A DNA stretch of 64,000 bases from Eledone cirrhosa (taxonomy: Eukaryota): contig OZ024749.1 of the NCBI GenBank assembly GCA_964016885.1, positions 39,184,001 through 39,248,000 on the forward strand, in the 5' to 3' direction. Within the stretch, counting starts at the first letter, position 1, and each line of letters opens with the position of its first letter. The notes beneath the pieces are model-generated. The model did not search any database, was not told the origin of the DNA, and saw nothing but the letters and a program-made list of their open reading frames with translations. Shown piece after piece: positions 1-12,550 of this stretch. The position numbers and the translations under genes are program-made.

Positions 1-282
1 CATTTCGCTTTAATATCTTTTTTATTTCTTTGCAATCGTGGCTTATAGATGTCATGGGGTATCAAGTGCGGACTACAGCTATTTTTACACAACGTATTCT
101 AAGGACAGAATTGACAAGGACAGAATGATCTGTGGCATTTATTCCGGCTCTCAATACTCAGTAAACTAAGTTCAAATCCCGCTGAGGTCAACTTCGCCAT
201 TTTTCATTTCGAGGTCGATAAAAAATGTATACCAGTATTGAGAATCAATACTTCTAATCTCTCTATATCTATCTATCTATCT

Positions 283-790
283 ATCTATGTTGAAATTGTT
301 TGTTTTTATATTTTTTACACGACTGTATGTAAAATCCCCGGCATGTCTTTGTATTGTCCCCTTTTCTTGTTGCGCCCTTGTGGCTAATAAAGAAATCTAT
401 CTATCTATGAGGAAGAGAAATCGACTAATTTTTTAAATTGCATTTGTGATAACATTTTACACGTTTTTATTGTATGTAAACTTCCCCCTTTGTATTTGTC
501 CCCTTCTTTTGTGCCCCTGTGGCTAATAAAGAAACATATCTATCTATGAGGAAGAGAGGAAGGGAGTACTCACTCTTGCTGCTCCTGGAGATGAGGGTTG
601 TACATTTTTTCGGGGTGTGTACAACCCCTGTGTAACGCCTCCCCCCTATTGGGGATTTCAATTGTTATCTGTTATTTTATTAATAGTTTTATTTTCATAT
701 ACCTGTATGTAAACTCCCCATTTGTATTTGTCCCCTTCTTTTGTGCCCTTGTGGCTAATAAAGAAATTTATCTATCTATCTATCTATCTC
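283..790 (+). mobile_element. Three tandem 3' ends of a LINE-like family ending AATAAAGAAA + (TATC)n; another copy at ~1098-1175
   Basis: The block gtaaactcccc..tttgtatttgtccc..tgtgcccttgtggctaataaagaaa-(tatc)n recurs at ~325-408, ~470-547, ~705-790 and ~1100-1175. The 565-790 segment matches the reverse complement of 9233-9443. Confidence 0.7.
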
Positions 791-809
791 TTCCCCCTCT
801 CTCTTTCTG

Positions 810-840
<31 letters not shown>

Positions 841-971
841 TTCTCTCTCTCTCTCTCTCTTTCTCTTTATCTCTCTTTCTCTCTCCCTCTTTCACTCTCT
901 CTTTCTACTCCCCTATCTCTCTCTCTTCCTCATCTCTCTTTCTCTCTATCTCCCACCCCTCTCTCTCTATC

Positions 972-1034
<63 letters not shown>

Positions 1035-1297
1035 TTTGTTATATCTTATTTTATTTTTATATTTTGTTATTGCCTCCTCCTTATTGAGGACGCCTTTTTG
1101 TGTAAACTCCCCCCTTTGTACTTGTCCCACTTTTGATGCCCTAGTGGCAAATAAAAGAAACATATCTATCTATATCTCTTCCCCCTTCTCTCTTTCTCTT
1201 TATCTCTCTCTCCCTTTCTCTTTACCTCTCTTTCTCTCTCCCTCTTTATCTCTCTCTCTCTTCCCTCTCTTTCTCTTTACCCCCCCCCCCCCTCTCT
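770..1297. repeat. (TATC)n/(TC)n microsatellite region
   Basis: Seen directly; explains ORFs 598..1299 and 722..1087. Confidence 0.95.
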
Positions 1298-1636
1298 GAT
1301 TCACTTGATGAAATTGGCTGTATTCAGATTTGGAGAGGGATGGGTTCCACCACACCCCGGATGTCATGGCCGCGCCCCTACAACTCCACAAGCAGTTCAG
1401 AAGTGATTCCTTTACGTATATTTCATCAGTTGCTGTTCTTCTTTAACTTCCAATTACCTCTGATCAAGAAAACTTAACATCAAAGCTGAAAATTCTATAT
1501 AGTTTTCTATATCCAATGTATTCTCCTTTAAGAAATTTAAGGAAAATTTGGTTGCTATTCCTAGCACTTTCAACAACTCCGACATTCTGGGAGTTCGTAA
1601 ATCAAGTTCAAAATTCTAAATACTTCTTTGTAAATA

Positions 1637-2180
1637 TAATTTTTTCTACTTCTGGCACAATTATCCCAGTGTATTACTGGTATTTTATTTTATCGACCTC
1701 GTAAGGATGAAAGGCAAAGTTAACCTCGGCGGGATTTGAACTCAGACCATAAAGGGCAGTAACTCTTTGCTGCAAAGCATAGCGTCCGACCCTCTACCGA
1801 TACTGCCAATCCACCGCCCTTCTTTGTAAATATAATTGTTTCTACTTTTTGGCACAAGGACAACAATTACCCAGTGTATTACTGGTACTTTATTTTATGG
1901 ACCCCGTAAGGATAAAAGGCAAAGTTAACCTCGGCGGGATTTGAACTCAGAATGGCGAGGGCCGTAACTCTATGAGTCAAAGCATGGCGTCCGACCCTCT
2001 ACCGATACAGCCAATCCACCGCCCTTTTGTAAATATAATTGTTTCTACTTTAGGCACAAGGCCAGCAATTACCCAGTGCATTACTGGTACTTTATTCTAT
2101 CGACATGCATTACTGGTACTTTATTCTATCGACCCCGGAATGATGAAAGGCAAAGTTAACCTCGGCGGGATTTGAACTCA
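1637..2180 (-). mobile_element. Three head-to-tail copies of a tRNA-derived SINE (Meta-domain/Sauria-like core), here SINE family M
   Basis: Minus strand has A box TGGCAGTATCGG, B box GAGTTCAAATCC and core gcctttcatccttacggggtcgataaaataaagtaccag. Copies are separated by the repeated tttgtaaatataat. Confidence 0.85.
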
Positions 2181-3324
2181 ATGTTAAAATAATGTTGGAA
2201 TATTACCTTGGAGGTGTTTGAATAGTCCTTAATATTTCGGGATAAAGTCCCTTCGTCACAAGAATAGTTTGGGAAATTAAGCTGGAGCAGGTTATCTTAT
2301 GCTGTATTTATATGCTGGCAGTTTTAATTTGAAAGGTGTAGATGTTGGGTATCTGCTGAAACTCTAACGCCTTTAAGAAATGTGTAGTATAGATTAAGCA
2401 AAGTAGTAAGGATGAAAGGCAAAGTCAAATGTTCTGTAAATATAATATAAATATACCATTGGATACCCTTTCTTCTCTAAGTATAAACATTTCTCCCTGT
2501 TGATTGTTATTTTCGCTATATAACTATCTGGGATGAGAGTAATTGTAGAGGGGAACCGTGAGAAAATCCATTTAAATAAAGCGGATCCATGGTAGTGTAA
2601 AGCTTGAGAAGTTCCACAGCATAGTGAAGTATTTAGATGTCTGATTTATTGACGACATGTTTAGTTTTTTATGTGAAATATATCATTGTTCCAAATATAA
2701 CCTTCATTTTTTATAAATACTGAATCCAGAAAATACCGAAGCTGTAATACATACATTACATAAACATAATTCTAGTAGCTTCCAACAAACATTTATAATA
2801 TAGATCAAATTACACAACTAAAATAACCTGATAGTAAAAATGAGATCAGCTCAAACATAAGGCATTAGATATGATATATAAAAGAAATCCAGCTCAGCAT
2901 CTAGTGAGTAGAGAAATAAATAAAAAGGAAAACTTAAGGGAGATAATCAGCAATATAACAAACGTCTGTATCTAGTAGAAACCGTAAATCACCCAATAAA
3001 ACTATACACTCATTTTTCCCACGAAACCACATAGAAAAAATAAAGGAACAAAAAATGCTAGTTACAGACATTTCAACAAGATCATCACTTTGGCATCTTC
3101 TTTGCAGAAAAGCATTGAAGGTGTATGCCAAACACTCGAATTTGTGTTTTGTGTGAGAAATAGTTAATCCATGCTTGCTCTTAACCCTTTAGCATTTACA
3201 TTACTAAGCCTATGTAGGGTGTTTTGTGGATGACCAGTTATCACCCATGCATATAAGTATCTTCTTCCCACGATACCGATGTTGTCCAAGGGAAACTAAG
3301 GCCTATACAGCTTAACACCAGAGT

Positions 3325-3430
3325 TACCGCATATAGTGTCTTGCTCAAGAAGGCAACGCTCAAACATGTCGAGGAATCAAACTCACGATCGTGAGCCCAG
3401 TACCGTAACCATTGAGCCCCACGCCTTCAC
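3325..3430 (-). mobile_element. tRNA-derived SINE family T head (degenerate)
   Basis: Reverse complement resembles 14990-15100 (gaaggcgtg..gagttcgattcc..cttgagcaagacact). Confidence 0.6.
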
Positions 3431-3446
3431 TGTATCGATCAGTCTG

Positions 3447-3510
<64 letters not shown>

Positions 3511-4052
3511 CATACACACATATATATACTTAAGAGAGTATTGAAGTTTGCTTGAAGCATTGTGGAATAATAGGTAAATATCTTTAAGTCGTTTGGAAGC
3601 CTCGACAATGCAAATGGGTAAATCTCCGGGTAACAAGATCCGGTGGTGGAGAGAGAGATGTAAGTGGGTGTACGTTGAAATGCGTGGTGTGTATAAGACG
3701 TGTAGAGGAATGAAGGGAAGAGTATAAAGGATACAATTAAAATAACAACACGAGAGAGAGAGTTACCTTGGGAGATATATGCTTATATACACATGAATAC
3801 ACATATGTGTCGTTCAATGTAGTATATTTGAAAAGTTGGATTAATTCTTGTTTTCGATGACAGCAAACAAGATGTTAGGTAAAGAAAAATATATATATTT
3901 CGAAGAGACAAACAATTATTTAACGCAATATGTTATTCTCTCCTAGACAGCACTATGTTTCTTTATAAATAGATGGAGAAAAAATAACACCACTGGAGTA
4001 ATTTTATAGTAATAATTTCGGTTGTCATATAAAAAACTTTTTTGCTGAGAGC

Positions 4053-4613
4053 GATGTATGTATGTTATGTATGTATGTATGTGTGTATGTATGAATGTGT
4101 GTGTATGTATGTGTGTGTGTGTATGAATGTGTGCGTGTATGTGTATGTATGAATGTGCGCATGTATGTATGAATGTATGTATGTATATATGTATGTGTAT
4201 GTATGAATGTATGTATGCATGTATGTATGAATGAATGTATGCATGTATGTATGTTTTTGTATGTGTATGTATGTATGTATGTGTATGTATGTATGTATGT
4301 ATGAATGAATGAATCTGTGCGTGTATGTATATGTATGTATGTATGTATGAATGTGTGCATATATGTATGTTTGTGTGTGTGTATGTATGTATAAATGTTT
4401 GTATGTATGTATGTATGTATGTACGTATGCATACAATATAATAAATTATTGTAAACTTATTCAATTTTATATATGTTCTTTTGAATGCGGTTCCAATTTT
4501 GTCGACTTATTTTATTCATCTCTTGTTTATGAAACGACTATGTCACGGGATATAAACAAACACAGGCAAGTATACACACGTATATGTATGTATATGCATA
4601 TATATATATGTGT

Positions 4614-4710
<97 letters not shown>

Positions 4711-4745
4711 TGTGTGAGTGTGTGTGTGTGTGTGTGTGTATGCGG
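4053..4745. repeat. (ATGT)n/(GT)n microsatellites
   Basis: Seen directly. Confidence 0.95.
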
Positions 4746-5019
4746 GAGAGATCGTCCTGATGAGAAACAGTCGAGTTCGAAATGCATCGACGATTGTCTC
4801 CCTTGCTTCAGCCGAGCACCGCTATGTGGCGTTAGCTGCCAGTGTCTTTCATTGCTATGGCTTTCTAAATGTTATTTTATAAACATACCGTATTTCTTTA
4901 GAAATACAAAATTCAAATACATATATATGTGTGTGTGTGCGTGTGTGTGTGCGTGTATGTGTGTGTGTGTTTTAGAGGGGCCACAGCAAGTAATGCAAAG
5001 AGGACATTCAATGTTAAAA

Positions 5020-5164
5020 TAATTGTTTCTAATTTTGGCACAAGGCCAGCAATTACCCAATGCATTACTGGTACTTTATTCTATCGACATGCATTACTGG
5101 TACTTTATTCTATCGACCCCGGAATGATGAAAGGCAAAGTTAACCTCGGCGGGATTTGAACTCA
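5020..5164 (-). mobile_element. SINE family M, 5'-truncated, with internal duplication
   Basis: Same core as 1637-2180; carries the same duplicated catgcattactggtactttattctatcga as the copy at 2037-2180. Confidence 0.85.
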
Positions 5165-5367
5165 ATGTTGGAATATTACCTTGGAGGTGTTTGAATAGTC
5201 CTTAATATTTCGGGATAAAGTCCCTTCGTCACAAGAATAGTTTGGGAAATTAAGCTGGAGCAGGATATCTTATGCTGTATTTATATGCTGGCAGTTTTAA
5301 TTTGAAAGGTGTAGATGTTGGGTATCTGCTGAAACTCTAACGCCTTTGAGAAATGTGTAGTATAGAT

Positions 5368-5570
5368 TAGGCATATCAAACTAAGGGTTCCCCGAGGGCC
5401 ACATGGGTCACATATCTGTCATGACAACTAATTGCACACATTACTAATATTTTTTATTTTATATTACGCTCGCGCTGTAAAAGCCTTTGTGCGAGCCGCG
5501 GGTGTGCTTGCATAGGGCCGCATGCGGACCGAGGGTGTGCTTTTAAAGGGCCGCATGTTTGACATGCCTG
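5368..5570. mobile_element. hAT-type MITE
   Basis: Terminal inverted repeats taggcatatcaaac / gtttgacatgcctg; 8-bp target-site duplication GTATAGAT at 5360-5367 and 5571-5578. Confidence 0.8.
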
Positions 5571-5825
5571 GTATAGATGACTTGGTCTTCCGTTTTGCTG
5601 CAATTATTCCGGATACGCATGAGTTCATTTCGTACGTATCCGCACCTAGCGCTAGGGGGAAGGGTTGATTTGTAGTGTACAAACAGGTCTCAGCAGGCGG
5701 GTTTTCTGTTGTCTTTAGTTGGAGGTCGAGCAGTATCGTCGGGATGTTCTATGGTGAACCACATGTTATCATTTATGATTTAGAAGGTTTCGAATACTTT
5801 GTTGGTGTGCCTGTATGTGTGTGAA

Positions 5826-5923
<98 letters not shown>

Positions 5924-7220
5924 ATGAAGCCCAATACCGTACTGCTGCTTATTTATCGACCTTGAAACGATCAAATGCAAAATTGACCCCCTTGGGATTT
6001 GAACACAAACAGCAGAGAACCGAAACGAATAATTCGATGCATTCTAACTGATGCTCTAACGAGTCTGCCAATTATATCGCATCATTTGAAAAACTAGGTA
6101 TATTAAACATAGGTACAATGTGATAGCAGTGAGAGGATATGAACCGGCACTGCCACCGTGAATACGTCTGACTGACTGTTAGTTTAAAGACAGCCATCTT
6201 TTTTCTTTAAGTCCCATGGTTTTTATTTAGGTATTGATTTTAAATTATTATACCTTACCCCCTTTGGCGAACATGTTTTGTTCTTTTTAATGGAAACACT
6301 CTAAATCTCGTCTCCAAATAAACCTGTCGAAGAGATCTAATATTAAATGCTTTTATCGCTTTTGTAATTAGGTCAAAGAATTCTGTGTGTGTGTGGAGGG
6401 GGTCATTTTCCAACCAACAGATAAATTGTTTCTGCTAACATGAACCTGTTCAATGTGTGTATGCATTCTCTAGAATCTGATGCTTACCGAGCAACGGAAG
6501 CCAACACGGTGTATACTTGTAGACATTTCTTAATATTCTGAAGCAATTATCATCCTTTAACAAAAGAACAAAATACACCGTAATGCTTCAGAAACTTCCA
6601 ATAAGATTTCCAGACCTTCTCAAGTCACAATGCGTTCTAAATCTTTATCGTGTTCTTTTTCTTAATAATGCTTAGGAATTTTCTTAATCTTTTTTTATTT
6701 TTTGTATTGTTGTTGTTGTCGTTGTTTGATTATTGTCTTGTTTTTTAAAGTTATTTTTATGCAAAAACAAACAAAAACAAACAAAACTAATTATTTAGTA
6801 TCGTTGTAAGAAAGATTAGAGTTAAGGTTAGAACACTTGTATCAGCGATTTCATTGAGAGTGGATTATTGCTGGAAGCCAAGGCCAGTTGTATAAGGAAG
6901 AAAAAGGTACGTAGTATATCTGTGCTGATCTTCCTAGTTTATCAATACATCAGAAGCAAAGTAGGAAAGCAAAGTAGATTTCTTGAATCACCTTCAGCAA
7001 GAAATTGATGAAGTACCAACATAAGATAGACTTTTCATTATAGAAAACTTCCAATGTAAATAAAATTAAATATTGCAGGAAAATATGGATTTAAGAGAAA
7101 GGAATGAAGCTGGACGTAGACATGTTGGATTATGTCCATGTTCAACATCATCACCTATTTTGAGCAATCAAAGACATGGAAGCGGTCAGTTCAAATCAAA
7201 TTGACATTTAAAAATAAATA

Positions 7221-7409
7221 TAATTGTTTCTACTTTAGGCACAAGGCCAGCAATTACCCAGTGCATTACTGGTACTTTATTTTATCGACCCCGTAAGGAT
7301 GAAAGGCAAAGTCAACCTCGGCGGGATTTGAACTCAGATCGTAAAGGGACGTAACTATGCTGGAAAGCATGGCGTCCGACACTCTACCGATACTGCCAAT
7401 CCAACGCCC
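7221..7409 (-). mobile_element. Full-length SINE family M
   Basis: A and B boxes present; target-site duplication tttaaaaataaatataat at ~7207 and 7411. Confidence 0.9.
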
Positions 7410-7639
7410 ATTTAAAAATAAATATAATGAAGAAAGGAACCTTAACAAAATAGCAGAAAATTATGCTCTGTAATTCATCTGTCGAGTTTGGATACTTTCC
7501 TGCAGCAATATGGCAATAAATGAATAGCATTGTTCAGCAGACAGGAAGAAATCGTACAGGAAGAAGATAAAAAACGATTTCAGCAACTGCAAGAGAAACT
7601 ACACAACAACAGTGATACAGAAAGGCAATTGCAGATATA

Positions 7640-7870
7640 AAGGGATTCAGAATTCTATATGGTGATTTCTAAAGTACACAACATAGTTACAAGCTTTTCT
7701 TGGTAAAATAAAAAGACGATAGAGTGTGTGAAGTAGGCATTCTACTAGCTAATAAGTAGATAGGAGAGAGTAAGTGACAGAATTATCAAGCTCAGAATGT
7801 TCATAGTAAATATATTGACAACATTTATCTTTACCCATGCACCACAAGCAGGACTGAGTAAAGAACGTTT
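7640..7870 (+). mobile_element. Decayed RTE-clade LINE apurinic endonuclease fragment
   Basis: Broken translation reads VGILLANK...RVSDRIIKLRM...APQAGL, typical of RTE APE domains. Confidence 0.55.
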
Positions 7871-7935
7871 CTCTTAGAATCTTTCAGAGGTGGATGTAAT
7901 GACGTGAGAATAGCTACTAACGCGTGAAGCATGAA

Positions 7936-8139
7936 TAATGATTTCTAGTATAGGCACAAGGCCAGTAATTTCGGGGAGATGGAAAGTCGATTAAATCGAC
8001 CCCAGTAGATTACTGGTGCTTTATTTTAACGACCGCGTAAGGATGAAAGGCAAAGTTAACCTCGACGGGATTTGAACTCAGATCATAAAGTGCCGTAACT
8101 CTATGCTACCCTCTACCGATACTGCCAATCCACCGCCCT
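7936..8139 (-). mobile_element. SINE family M
   Basis: Core present; target-site duplication gtgaagcatgaataat at 7924 and 8143. Confidence 0.85.
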
Positions 8140-8472
8140 TTTGTGAAGCATGAATAATGGTGAGAAATAGCTACTAAGGAACATAAATGGGGTAGGGTGT
8201 AGAATGATAGCTAGGATAGCTATCATTCTGATGATTTGATTAAGCATACACTGTATGTAAGATTGAGTGACACAACTTCGAGTGATTAGCAATCTTTAGA
8301 CATCCTAATCAATGAAACAATTGTTAATACTGTAAATAAAACCCTTTTTGTACTGTTAACCATGTTATTCTTCACTCTTTCACTGTGTATATATATATAT
8401 ATGAAGCTAATACAACTGTGTAAAACTACCTCCTGTGTTTTGTTTGTTTCATTTATTAACTACACACATATA

Positions 8473-8519
<47 letters not shown>

Positions 8520-8521
<2 letters not shown>

Positions 8522-8621
8522 AAGGAAGTGTGGTAAGGAACCAGATGGATCATAACGCACCAGAGTACTCAATACTTAGTGTAGTAGAGTGGGTAATAGG
8601 AAAATGTTTAACCTCGACGGC
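8520..8621 (-). mobile_element. PLE-terminus family A fragment in (TA)n
   Basis: Homologous to the reverse complement of 9785-9887. Confidence 0.7.
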
Positions 8622-8681
8622 ATATATATATACATATATATGTATGTATTCACATATATATATGTATATATATATATATAT

Positions 8682-8794
<113 letters not shown>

Positions 8795-9168
8795 TAGAAC
8801 ATATACAAAAAATCCAACGGGTAGCGTAGCTCGAGTAAAGTAATCTAAAGCAAGAGCACTTCACAAGTACCAATCACGAGTGGTAGAATTTTAGTTAAGT
8901 AACTTAAACTTAGAAGGCTTTTAGCTTACTTTACTGCCATCTACCTGTCGGTGATTTTCTCTAAGATGTTCTATATGTATGTGCTTCCCTCAATTAGATT
9001 TATTTTAGCGACCTTTTCATTGACATGTGATGTATATTGGTGACAAATTTACTTATGTATGAATGTATGATATATATATATATAAACCATCATATATATA
9101 TATATATATATATATAGTAATAATAATAAAATTGAAGACTAAAATCCAGAGAGGGCTCGATAAGGAAA

Positions 9169-9200
<32 letters not shown>

Positions 9201-9232
9201 ATGTATATATATATATATAGAGAGAGAGAGAG

Positions 9233-9443
9233 ATAGATAGATACATTTCTTTATTAGCCACAAGGGCACAAAAGAAGGGGACAAATACAAATGGGGAGTT
9301 TACATACAGGTATATGAAAATAAAACTATTAATACAATAACAAATAACAATTGAAATCCCCAATAGGGGGGAGGTGTTACACAGGGGTTGTACACACCCC
9401 GAAAAAATGTACAACCCTCATCTCCAGGAGCACCAAGAGTGAG
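9233..9443 (-). mobile_element. LINE-like 3' end with (TATC)n tail, same family as 565-790
   Basis: Near-identical reverse complement; ORF 9139..9414 mirrors the N-terminus of ORF 598..1299. Confidence 0.75.
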
Positions 9444-9618
9444 TAAGACGATTGACAGTATATAAACAACTTTCCAGTTATCGAACCAACCAACCAACCG
9501 GAAACTTATAATAAATCGAAGTGAAAACCAACAGGTTCGAGTGTTTTGTATTGACAGCATGATCCTCCCAAAGTATAACAATATATATATATGTATCATA
9601 CATAAGTAAATTTTTCAC

Positions 9619-9699
<81 letters not shown>

Positions 9700-9704
<5 letters not shown>

Positions 9705-9886
9705 AACGAGTAGGACCCCGACGGCTGAGCTCAAGCCGTTTCGACGGCTAAACAGAATTAGCCGTCGAAACGGCTTGAGCTCAGCCGTCGGGGTCCTACT
9801 CGTTCCTATTACCCACTCTACTACCCTAAGTATTGAGTACTTTGGTGCGTTATGGTCTACCTGGTTCCTTACCACATTTCCTTCGT

Positions 9887-9887
<1 letters not shown>
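9700..9887 (+). mobile_element. PLE-terminus family A as a fold-back palindrome, carrying the 3' half of a hammerhead
   Basis: About 52-bp perfect arms (9700-9751 and 9758-9809) around the loop acagaa. Contains GAAA-CGGCT(TGAGCTC)AGCCG-TC-GGGG. Flanked by (TA)n. Confidence 0.75.
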
Positions 9888-9918
<31 letters not shown>

Positions 9919-9962
9919 TGAAAAAGAACAAAGGAACTATTATGACATTATAACAAGTTTAT

Positions 9963-10009
9963 TGCCGACAGCCGTTTCGGCCGACCATATGGTGGGACTT
10001 TTCAAGGCA
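9963..10009 (-). ncRNA. Type I hammerhead ribozyme motif, U3-A8 variant
   Basis: TGCC|TTGAAAA|GTCCCACCATATGGTCGGCC|GAAA|CGGCTG|TC|GGCA. Stem I is TGCC/GGCA, the cleavage triplet is GUC and stem II is imperfect. Confidence 0.7.
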
Positions 10010-10399
10010 TATAACATGTGATTGTAAGTTCATTATTTACATCAACGTATCACTTAAGACTAGCAGTTTGAAATTGTGGTATACATCAGCAGCTCCGCTT
10101 GTATATTTGGGGTCTATATTCTAAGGGGGCTCCTTTATATTAGTTGTCGGAATTGTAAAAGGGATGGGTTATGGGGAGTTAAGAGAATTTGAAAATGTCC
10201 TGAGAGTCAGGGATTGCTTATATATATATATATATATATATAAATATGGTCGCCAGAGATTCGATTGTAATATGTCTAATACATTTTATTCGTCGCACCA
10301 CTTATTCTCCGTTTCTTATGTGATATTATACTCTGCTCTATAAGAGCATAGAGTGCTCAAAAGGCCTACCGCTTACGGACGCTTTAAGCATCCCACACC

Positions 10400-10492
<93 letters not shown>

Positions 10493-10852
10493 TTATACAT
10501 ACATATATATATATATATCATTTATATATATATATATACATACATATATATATAAAATAAGAATGTTATTTCTCGCTCTAGCACAGCTGATGCATACTTA
10601 CTTATATATATATATGACACCCGGCAATACACATATGTGTATATATATATCTGTGTCTGGTGTGTGAATGAGTAAGTGTAGTGCTGATTAAATGTGTTAT
10701 ATATAATATATAACAATTTATATATATATAGATCAGTTTATATATATATATATTCAGTTTATATTTATATATATATATATATATATACAGATCAATTTAT
10801 ATATATATATACAGATCAGAGCAAACAGCACGGACACTCTATCTCAAAATTA

Positions 10853-10889
10853 TTTTTGAAAAGCATTTAGAAATGCGCAACCGGTAAAA
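10853..10889 (+). ncRNA. Hammerhead-like motif with GCAA in place of GAAA, within element 10816-11011
   Basis: TTT|TTGAAAA|GCATTTAGAAATGC|GCAA|CCGG|TA|AAA; the same element forms the 18370-18761 palindrome. Confidence 0.5.
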
Positions 10890-11007
10890 ACTTAAAAACT
10901 TAAAACCACAACTGAATACTAACCCATACAATCACTAATACTCTTTTATTCCTAATTAAACCATTTTTCAACTGTGAACAATTTGTCAGCATTTTCTATT
11001 CCGTTTA

Positions 11008-11111
<104 letters not shown>

Positions 11112-11139
11112 TGTAATAAACAACATAAGGCAATTATTC

Positions 11140-11193
11140 CAATTACCAGTGGTTTCTAAAAAGCAAAAGATTTTGCTTTCAATCCTCAGAATG
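11140..11193 (-). ncRNA. Type I hammerhead ribozyme motif (family C, element ~11107-11300)
   Basis: CATT|CTGAGGA|TTGAAAGCAAAATCTTTTGCTTTTTA|GAAA|CCACTGG|TA|ATTG. Long stem II, GUA triplet, one stem I mismatch. A related truncated copy lies at ~26100-26208. Confidence 0.7.
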
Positions 11194-11303
11194 AAAAAAT
11201 CCTGGAATAATTGCCTTATGTTGTTTATTACATAACTATTAAGCTCTGTTACCTACATAGAGCACTCTTTTTTCCTGGACTTTTCCGACGGAATTACTTC
11301 ATT

Positions 11304-11403
<100 letters not shown>

Positions 11404-11589
11404 AAAATGGAACGGGAACAAAACAGAGAGGCAGTACGAACAAAGGTTTATAAGTTTCACGTGCGTGTCGGATATTTTCCAAGTGATGGAGTTGATAATG
11501 GGAACGATGGCCAATGGTGTGTAATCTGTGGTTGTGTTGGTCGGAAGAGGGGAGATGTGGGGGTGCGCGCGCAACAGGAAGCTGGCGAT

Positions 11590-11965
11590 GGGGGGGGGGG
11601 GAACTCCCGCCGAGACGAATGTCCCGGAGGTGTTCGGTGAAACGGTCCGCCAGGCGACGTCCAGTCTGTCCGACGTAAGTCGCGCTACATTCCGTGCAGC
11701 GAAGTCCTTAGACTAGGTTGGAGGAGGTGCAGCGGAAGGCGTGCCGAACAGAGAAAGAGAGCGTGGCCGTTGGGACCCTGGAAGGTGGTGGTCTTGGTGA
11801 TGTAGGGGCAGGTGTTGCAACGAGGCCTGGAACAGAGAAGGGAACCGGGGGGGAGGCGTGGGTTGGGGGGTTAGGGAGCTGCGGACGAGGAGGGTGCGGA
11901 GATTGCGTGCGCGTTTGAAGGAGAGGAGTGGTGGGGATGGGAAGATGTGGGAGGTGGAGGGGTCG
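11590..11965 (-). pseudogene. Penelope-like retroelement ORF fragment: RT-EN linker, Cys motif and GIY-YIG endonuclease (Neptune-like)
   Basis: Across frameshifts it reads PPLLSFKRARNLRTLLVRSSL ... PGSLLCSRPRCNTCPYITKTTTFQGP ... FRCTSSNLV*GLRCTECSATYVGQTGRRLADRFTEHLRDIR. A TAA at 11708-11710 replaces the GIY tyrosine. Flanked by (TA)n. Confidence 0.85.
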
Positions 11966-11977
11966 GAATATATATGA

Positions 11978-12015
<38 letters not shown>

Positions 12016-12323
12016 TCATAAATATGTTAATATGGGTACTAACGTAATGAATATTAACACACACGTCTACACATACACAAAGGCACACACATACTCTATA
12101 TAGAGAGAAATACTTTTCATTCTTTTTCATTTGTTTGTAAATTCAAACAGTTTATTTATATCAAACCAAATTTGAATATTTCTGAAGACTGAATGAAGAT
12201 AGTTTTGTACATGCATCAGGCTAATAGCACCTTCATGCATTTATATGTTTATAAATATATTGTAAATACACCCCCGCACACACATACATACATACACTCA
12301 CACACACTCACACATATATATAC

Positions 12324-12360
<37 letters not shown>

Positions 12361-12499
12361 TAGTAATAATAATAAAATTGAAGACTAAAATCCAAAGAGG
12401 GCTCGATAAGGAAAATATATATCAAATATATAAGAACCGTAGAGCAAATATTTATTTTTTTTGAAATATCCAGTTCTGCGTTTACAGATTGACTTTGTT

Positions 12500-12550
12500 A
12501 GTTTCAGAAGATCCCGTTAAGGGTGAAAGCAGCGATTCTTTGCTTAAACT
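12500..12550 (+). ncRNA. Type I hammerhead motif with CAGAAGA core (family D, element ~12362-12572)
   Basis: AGTTT|CAGAAGA|TCCCGTTAAGGGT|GAAA|GCA(GCGATTCTT)TGC|TT|AAACT; identical copy at 25375-25425. Confidence 0.6.

Noticed and set aside
9490-9545. GAAA-ACC-aaca-GGT-TC half-hammerhead
   Set aside because: No recognisable 5' core or stem I, and only one copy; insufficient support.
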